From Chiloscyllium plagiosum (Eukaryota): 35,473 nucleotides of DNA. The stretch is from NCBI RefSeq assembly GCF_004010195.1, contig NW_025215298.1, positions 36,180 through 71,652 on the forward strand. Reading direction: 5' to 3'. This document shows positions 35,201 through 35,473 of the stretch, piece after piece (the first letter of the stretch is position 1; the number at the start of each line of letters is the position of its first letter). The position numbers were made by a program, and so were the translations under genes. Under the pieces are notes generated by a model. That model was not told where the DNA came from. It saw nothing but the letters and a program-made list of their open reading frames with translations, and searched no databases.

Positions 35201-35473
35201 GAGAGAAGACCTTTGGCACAAAAATATTAGGAAAAGATGAAAGGCTTATACAACACATGCACATGAATTGAACGCATCTAAGATGGCTGCTAAATCTTAA
35301 TTCGGTTAGAATGGAGATGCAGGTTTTGATTGATGAATATGCAAATTCCAGGGTTCCTTTCAACTCCTGCCTGGAGATACCTTCAGGTATTATCAATGTA
35401 AAGGAGGTGACCCTTCCATTAAGACAACGTTTTTTAGGCATGCGGTCTTGTTTGGGGTCTGTATGTGTCTTCA

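Overview
Eukaryotic, repeat-dense DNA whose repeat content (HE1-type SINEs, HER1/CR1 LINEs, Penelope-like termini) points to a cartilaginous fish, probably a shark. Most of the window is decayed transposons. The one convincing host-gene signal is a minus-strand first coding exon (16730-16904) of a GPR139-like class A GPCR, ending YYPTLAIIGVP at a phase-1 G|GTAAGT donor. No matching 7TM exon was found in the 16.7 kb downstream. Other notable structures: a 94-bp insertion with a 14-bp target-site duplication carrying an intact minimal hammerhead ribozyme core, with an empty paralogous site in the same window; an old ~3-kb tandem duplication whose first copy holds a four-level transposon nest; a MULE remnant with ~80-bp inverted repeats; a Harbinger Myb/SANT remnant; and a G-rich 35-bp minisatellite. 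Family assignments come from motif recognition by eye, not database searches, and boundaries of old repeats are approximate.
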